From an uncultured bacterium (GTDB taxonomy: Bacteria > Chloroflexota > UBA5177 > JANWHV01), in contig CAVSOU010000008.1 in assembly GCA_963729625.1 (NCBI GenBank), positions 704,001 to 768,000 of the forward strand: a stretch of DNA of 64,000 nt. The letters run 5' to 3'. Both the position numbers and the translations under genes were made by a program. The notes below the pieces were generated by a model. That model was not told the origin of the DNA, made no database searches, and saw only the letters and a list, made by a program, of their open reading frames with translations. Below are positions 58,910 to 64,000 of the stretch, piece by piece (position 1 is the first letter of the stretch; each line of letters starts with the position of its first letter).

Positions 58910-59200
58910 TCGTGACTCAGTGCGGTCTGCATCAGGAGCGCCTGGACGGGACGGTCCTGCGCCTCGCAGATGGCTTCCGGAAGGCCGGCGTTTTCCGCTT
59001 GCGCGAGCAGGCGACTGTAATCGTTGACGGTGAGCTGCAGGTGTTGAAGCGGCTCGATCACGGCAGGCATCTTTCTGAGCGGTGGCGTGCACGGAGCACC
59101 GCCTGTCGGCAGCACAAATCCACTGCCTTCCTTCGCGGGCCCGTGCTTGTACTTCGCCCCTACCAGTATGTCTACATCGGGCGTCCAGACAGAAGCGCTC
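58910..59200 (-). pseudogene. Probable gene remnant of unknown family
   Basis: GC3-biased coding-like stretch KMPAVIEPLQHLQLTVNDYSRLLAQAENAGLPE with no credible start. Confidence 0.3.
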
Positions 59201-59517
59201 GTGCGCAGAAGGCGGCACCAGGGATGTCGCGCGGGCACCTGGCTGCCGGCAGCACGTGCCGAGAACGACGGCACAATTCGTGTTCTGCGTGGCGCGACCT
59301 CATTGATCTGATCGGATGCGACCGGCGTACTACCTGTAGCTACCTCACGTGGCAGCCCCGTTTGAAATCCCTGAGCAGAGCCAAGGAGCTTCTTCCTCAA
59401 GACGCGGTTCCAGCAGAGAGCGGGGATTGAGTGCGGTGCCTCGCCAACTGCCTAAGGATTTAGACACGCCAGCGGGTGTTCAACGATGTAATGGGAGACA
59501 AAGCAGGGAGAGTCAAC

Positions 59518-60405
59518 ATGGCGCCTTTGGTTGTAGACGTTACCCAGGCGCGCCACACGGGTCCGATCGTGCTCGATATCGGGGACGATACCGGGGCCGT
59601 CATCGTTCACACCGGCGAGCGCCTGGTCGGCCGCGAGATCGAAGTAAGCCCAGCCGACAATGCCGCGCGCCGCGTTCATACCGAGGTTCTCGAGCGCAGG
59701 TTCGGCGGCCACGTCGAGTTTGCGGCGGTCTTTGCCGAGCTGCCGGCAGGGTGTTACAGCCTGTGGCGCACCATTCTGGCGGATGAACCGATCGAAGTGC
59801 TGGCGGCAGCTGTGACCGAGATCGACTGGCGGCATATAGCCGAACCGTCGGATTTCCGCCTTGCCCGGCCTGAGGGGCTTCGTGATGATTCCGTTCCGCC
59901 AGGCGCCCGGGACATGCTTCCTGCTCGCTATCGCGAGGGCGGGCCTGTGTGTGCGTTGTCGATGGGCTCTGCGCCGATGCTCTACGCCGGAGACGGCCAG
60001 GTAGCCTGGGACGAGATGTGGACCACGTTCTGCGACCTGGCGCTGGGAGGGGGGCCAAAGCATCGCGATACGTTGCTGGATCCTGCGACGCCGGCAGAGG
60101 TTCTCGCGGCGCCCGAGGCCTTCAAGCACGTTGTGGCCGAGACCGAGCGAGGCCTTCGCCTGGTGACCGGACTGCCGACCGTGCCAGGCGCGAAGCCAGG
60201 CTGGGTCGGGCTGCAGTGCGAAGACGAGGCGATGGCTCGCTGGCTTCTGCGCGCCATCGCCGCGGAAAACGTGAGCGTCCGGCGCGAGAGGGGAGTGATC
60301 TATCTTCCCGCGGCACCAGCCTACCGCCTCGAAAAGGAGGTCAAGAGTGTGGTGACGGTCGTAGCCAAGACCGTCCACCACTGGCTCGAACATCGCGGCA
60401 CGTAG
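59518..60405 (+). CDS. Two-domain conserved hypothetical protein
   Basis: GGGAG RBS; N-domain VLDIGDDTGA...EIEVSP...VHTEVLER...LPAGCYSLW; C-domain MGSAPM...VAWDEMW..FCDLALGGGPKH...AKTVHHWLEH. Confidence 0.8.
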   Translation: MAPLVVDVTQARHTGPIVLDIGDDTGAVIVHTGERLVGREIEVSPADNAARRVHTEVLERRFGGHVEFAAVFAELPAGCYSLWRTILADEPIEVLAAAVTEIDWRHIAEPSDFRLARPEGLRDDSVPPGARDMLPARYREGGPVCALSMGSAPMLYAGDGQVAWDEMWTTFCDLALGGGPKHRDTLLDPATPAEVLAAPEAFKHVVAETERGLRLVTGLPTVPGAKPGWVGLQCEDEAMARWLLRAIAAENVSVRRERGVIYLPAAPAYRLEKEVKSVVTVVAKTVHHWLEHRGT

Positions 60406-60701
60406 GCCATCGCGACTCGTGGGTGTCGTGTACGCTTGTTGTAGACGGTCTGCACGCAGATCCACAATCAGCGGGCCTGGCGCAAGCGACATCCCCAGGT
60501 TCCGAGGGTACACGGTCGCTGGTTTGGCGCAATGTGACGAACTGTGTCGCTGCTGAAGGAAACAGCGACGTGCTGTCGGTATGGCTTCCAGGTGCGAGCA
60601 CCCTTGTCGGAGACTGTTAATCGTTTCGCGAGCCAGCAATCACTCTCAGAACGAGGCGCAGGGCCGATCCGCTTGCGGTTCTGGGCTGTAGTACCGTAGT
60701 A

Positions 60702-61292
60702 ATGGGTACAGTGAGCGAGCAACTGAGCGACGACGTTCTCGTCGGCCTAGTGCGCGACCGCGATACCAGCGCCTTCGCCATCCTGTATGATCGGCATAGC
60801 CGCTTGGCATTCGGGCTCGCGTATCGTTTGCTGGGCGAGGCCTCGGATGCCGAAGATGTTGTGCAGGACGCGTTTCTCTCGCTCTGGCGGCAGGCTGAGA
60901 CATTTCGGCCCGAAAAGGCGGCCGCGCGTAGCTGGTTGCTCTCGATTGTGCATCATCGGGCCGTGGACCGACTGCGCCGAGTGGCATCACAACATGTCTC
61001 GGACGCTGGTCTCGAGGACTTGCCAGAGCGAGCGGATCATCGCGTCGACGTGGAACATGAGGTCAGCGTGTCGCTGGAAGGTGCAGCGGTGCGCGAAGCT
61101 CTCAACGCTCTTCCACGCGACCAACAGCAAGCTATTGAGCTGGCCTACTATGGCGGGTTGTCACACAGTGAAATCGCAAGCAAGCTCGAGGTGCCGGTCG
61201 GCACCGTAAAGGGTCGCCTGCGCATCGGACTACAGAAGATGAGAGCAATTCTCGATCGTGCAGCCTTGCAGCGTGCCGCCCATGACTCATGA
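60702..61292 (+). CDS. ECF sigma factor (SigK-like)
   Basis: DAEDVVQDAF, WLLSIVHHRAVD, LAYYGGLSHSEIA, GTVKGR. Confidence 0.95.
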   Translation: MGTVSEQLSDDVLVGLVRDRDTSAFAILYDRHSRLAFGLAYRLLGEASDAEDVVQDAFLSLWRQAETFRPEKAAARSWLLSIVHHRAVDRLRRVASQHVSDAGLEDLPERADHRVDVEHEVSVSLEGAAVREALNALPRDQQQAIELAYYGGLSHSEIASKLEVPVGTVKGRLRIGLQKMRAILDRAALQRAAHDS

Positions 61293-62025
61293 CGATATTG
61301 GCGAGCTCCTTGGCGCCCTTGCCTTGGACGCGCTCAGTGCCGATGAGCGCCGCGACGTGGAGGCGCATGTGAAGGACTGCGCGACGTGCACCGCGGAAGT
61401 GGCTCAGCTGCGATTGACCGCGGGAGATCTGGCCCTGCTTGTGCCTGAGCGCGAGCCGCCACCGGCGCTGCGAACACGACTGATGAATCTGGTCGAGGCG
61501 GACCGGCGGCAATGGCTGGAACAGCAGGCCAAACAGGCAGTGAGTGTCGACGCCGCGCAGCGACGCGCCGGGTGGTGGGTGCGCATCCCGAAGTTAGCCT
61601 ATCCAATAGCGGGCGGCCTGGCTGTCGCTCTGGTGTTGTTGGCGGTGATCATTCTCAATCAACGTGGCGTCACCGTGCACACGTATCAGAGTCACGGCGT
61701 GGTCGCGCAGGTGGTGAAGGGGGTTGCGCTGGGCGGAATGACAGCTACGGTCGAAGTGCGAAGCGATCACACCACCGCAGTTCGCTTCGACCACCTCCCA
61801 ACCCTGCCGAAAGAGTTGGCGTATGAGCTCTGGCTCGTTCCTGCCAAAGGCGCTCCCGTGCCGATATCTGGTTTTGTCGCGGGCGCCAACCACACCTTCA
61901 GCGCGCGATACCAGAGAAGTGCGCAGGGATTCTCGGCCGTTGCCGTGAGCATTGAACGAGCACCTGGCGATCGGCGCAGCCCATCGCCCGGCGGTATCGC
62001 GCTCGAGGTGCTGCTGGGCGCGTGA
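61282..62025 (+). CDS. Anti-sigma factor, RskA-like, with zinc-binding motif
   Basis: HVKDCATC (HxxxCxxC), PPPALR, one TM, YELWLV, AVSIE..PG. Confidence 0.9.
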   Translation: MTHDDIGELLGALALDALSADERRDVEAHVKDCATCTAEVAQLRLTAGDLALLVPEREPPPALRTRLMNLVEADRRQWLEQQAKQAVSVDAAQRRAGWWVRIPKLAYPIAGGLAVALVLLAVIILNQRGVTVHTYQSHGVVAQVVKGVALGGMTATVEVRSDHTTAVRFDHLPTLPKELAYELWLVPAKGAPVPISGFVAGANHTFSARYQRSAQGFSAVAVSIERAPGDRRSPSPGGIALEVLLGA

Positions 62026-62034
62026 CTGTGCCAA

Positions 62035-62865
62035 TCACCTAGCACGCGGCACGCTCAGGTTTCGCATGGCTACCACCTCGTCAGCGCGCGTGCGGTCGCC
62101 CGTGCAGCTGATCATTCGTGGCGCCGGCAGTCTCAGCCGCGTAGTATAGCCGAGCCTGTTGTACAACTCGATAATGCGAGGCGTGGCTTGGTTTGAGAGG
62201 ATGACCGGACCGGAGTGATGCGTGAGCCACTCTGCCAGCCGTACCTGCTCTTCCCAGCCGAAGCGCTCTGAGGAGTACTGGGTGAACTGGACGTCATAGG
62301 GTGGATCGGCATATACGAAGTCATCTGGCTGCAACTCGATCTGGTCGAACGGAGTGCACGTGAACGACCATGGCTCCAGCACGTTGCGGTACGCATGCAG
62401 ATCCTCGGGGAAGTTGATCGACCGGTATCGCCCGAATGGCACGTTAAACGTACCCTTCTTCCGGTTAAACCTGCAGAGACCGTTGAAGCACGTTCTGTTG
62501 AGATACCAGAACAGTTGTGCGGCCTCGACGCTATCCCGGCGCCCGCTCGTAATCAACTCGTTGAATCGAGCTCGTTGTTTGTAGTAGAGCTCCTCGTCAT
62601 TCCGCATTTCGATGTCGAATCGAAGCCCGCTGCGTAGCCAGCAATAAAAGGAAATCAGGTGCGGGTTGATGTCATTCAGCAGCGACTTTTCCGGCAGAAG
62701 GCCGAGTGTGACTGCCAAGCCCCCGACAAACGGCTCGACGAGCCGCCTGTGGCGATGCGCCTTCCAATACGGCTGAAGGTGCGGCACGAGCCACCGCTTG
62801 CCGCCGGCCCACTTGAGCGGAGGCTTGAGGGGCGGTAACTCGGATGGCGTGCCTGACAGGTTCAA
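62035..62865 (-). CDS. dam: Dam-family N6-adenine DNA methyltransferase (orphan)
   Basis: LKWAGGK, EPFVGG, NRTCFNGLCRFN, FNVPFG, DPPY. Confidence 0.92.
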   Translation of the reverse strand: MNLSGTPSELPPLKPPLKWAGGKRWLVPHLQPYWKAHRHRRLVEPFVGGLAVTLGLLPEKSLLNDINPHLISFYCWLRSGLRFDIEMRNDEELYYKQRARFNELITSGRRDSVEAAQLFWYLNRTCFNGLCRFNRKKGTFNVPFGRYRSINFPEDLHAYRNVLEPWSFTCTPFDQIELQPDDFVYADPPYDVQFTQYSSERFGWEEQVRLAEWLTHHSGPVILSNQATPRIIELYNRLGYTTRLRLPAPRMISCTGDRTRADEVVAMRNLSVPRAR

Positions 62866-62989
62866 CGAGTCAAGATCTTTCTGAGCGCCGTTCCTCTAGA
62901 AACGACGTGGTTGTTGCACCAACTCAGTTACGATACGAGATCAGCCCCTCCAGCGAAACCGGCATTGTTCGTAGAGCCGCTGGAACATC

Positions 62990-63123
62990 GAAGCACCTAT
63001 AGACACGCACAGTGCTGAGCTGTTCCTCGAAACGAATCGCACGCGAGTCGATACCGGCTCCCAAGATAAGCATTTGCTCCGCACTGGCAGCAGCTCGACA
63101 GCACTGCCGATGCTGACATCCAC
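62990..63123 (-). pseudogene. Relic of an LCM-family SAM-dependent methyltransferase
   Basis: EQMLILGAGIDSRAIRF...VRVY motif within a short broken frame. Confidence 0.6.
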
Positions 63124-63194
63124 AAGGAATTCGCTGCTTCAAGATCGGATTATGATACACATGGTCAAACAACTGAAAACGAGGAGTAGCCCAG

Positions 63195-63674
63195 ATGCCC
63201 AAGATTTCTCCCTTCCTATGGTTCGATGGTCAGGCGGAGGAGGCAACCCAGTTCTATGTCTCTCTGTTCAAGAATTCAAAGGTGCTGAGTATCAATCGCT
63301 ATGGCGAGGGCTCTCCCGCAGCGGGCACGGTCATGATGACGACCTTTGAACTGGATGGGCAGCAGATCATGGCGCTGAATGGTGGCCCACAGTTCACGTT
63401 CACGGAGGCCATCTCCTTCTTTGTGAACTGCGAGACGCAGGCCGAGGTCGATGAGCTGTGGACAAAGCTCACCGAAGGTGGCGAAGAGGGACAGTGCGGT
63501 TGGCTCAAGGACAAGTTCGGCCTCTCCTGGCAGATTGTTCCGGTGGCTCTTGGCGAACTGCTCGGTGACCCCGACCCCGCGAAGGCCGGGAGAGTGATGG
63601 AGGCTATGCTGAAGATGCATAAGATCGACACTGCTGTGTTGAGGCAGGCGTATGATAACGTGACTGTGTCGTGA
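63195..63674 (+). CDS. VOC/PhnB-like (3-dmu-9_3-mt) family protein
   Basis: KISPFLWF, ALNGGP, CGWLKDKFGLSWQ; GAGGAG RBS. Confidence 0.95.
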   Translation: MPKISPFLWFDGQAEEATQFYVSLFKNSKVLSINRYGEGSPAAGTVMMTTFELDGQQIMALNGGPQFTFTEAISFFVNCETQAEVDELWTKLTEGGEEGQCGWLKDKFGLSWQIVPVALGELLGDPDPAKAGRVMEAMLKMHKIDTAVLRQAYDNVTVS

Positions 63675-64000
63675 GTTGCTGCAGGCTCCACTGCGGAAGC
63701 TGAATGACTCATGATCTGCTGCCGGATGTCGTAGTGTGCGACGTCCAACTCCAAGACATATCTGGAGTCGACGTGATAGCGCGTGGGCACGCCGTTTCCG
63801 GACACGCGGCGCGTTATCGTGACAACCTAGTACTGCGCCTCACAAGCTGCTCGATCGGGGGTTTGGAGCACGGGGTCCAGGCATGCCGCGAGTCCTCGTG
63901 TCGCCCGTGCGGCACGGCGAAGGGGACCAGACGTCGGAAGGGCGTGCTTGCCACCACCGCGCCACCGTGGGCGATCGCTTGCAGCGCATGGAGCAAGAGT

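Noticed and set aside
60664-60693. Autoregulatory ECF promoter (CCGATCC...TGTAGT) before the sigma gene
   Set aside because: Position is plausible, but there is only one instance and no reliable consensus to compare against.
63814-64000. 3' end of a minus-strand gene (LHALQAIAHGG, REC-like)
   Set aside because: Too short at the window edge to assign.

Overview
High-GC bacterial chromosomal window, most likely Chloroflexota. The taxonomic inference rests on a DUF2298/'YYY' membrane glycosyltransferase, the RecG N-terminal extension, and XRE-AAA-TPR and double-FtsX proteins. Housekeeping and signalling genes: a Pil/Chp-like chemosensory cluster (cheW, MCP, mini-MCP, 2xHpt CheA-REC), CCA-adding enzyme, recG, yjbQ, ATL, lgt, mutY, cheY-cheX behind a near-consensus sigma28 promoter, a SigK/RskA-like ECF pair and an orphan Dam-family methylase. 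Accessory blocks: (1) Tat-exported vanadium haloperoxidase, secreted NTF2-like protein, STAND-like regulator, large secreted beta-propeller protein and ABC exporter; (2) a translationally coupled ParB/Srx-DUF4032 + metallophosphoesterase pair; (3) two 5'-truncated transposases (IS110 and ISNCY-like) fused back to back, with a toxin-antitoxin module apparently inside the second element; (4) a decaying Gfo/Idh/MocA - ROK relic - pflC - pflD glycyl-radical operon. Several short gene relics lie between intact genes. No rRNA, tRNA or CRISPR array was seen. All family calls come from motif recognition by eye; no database searches were run.
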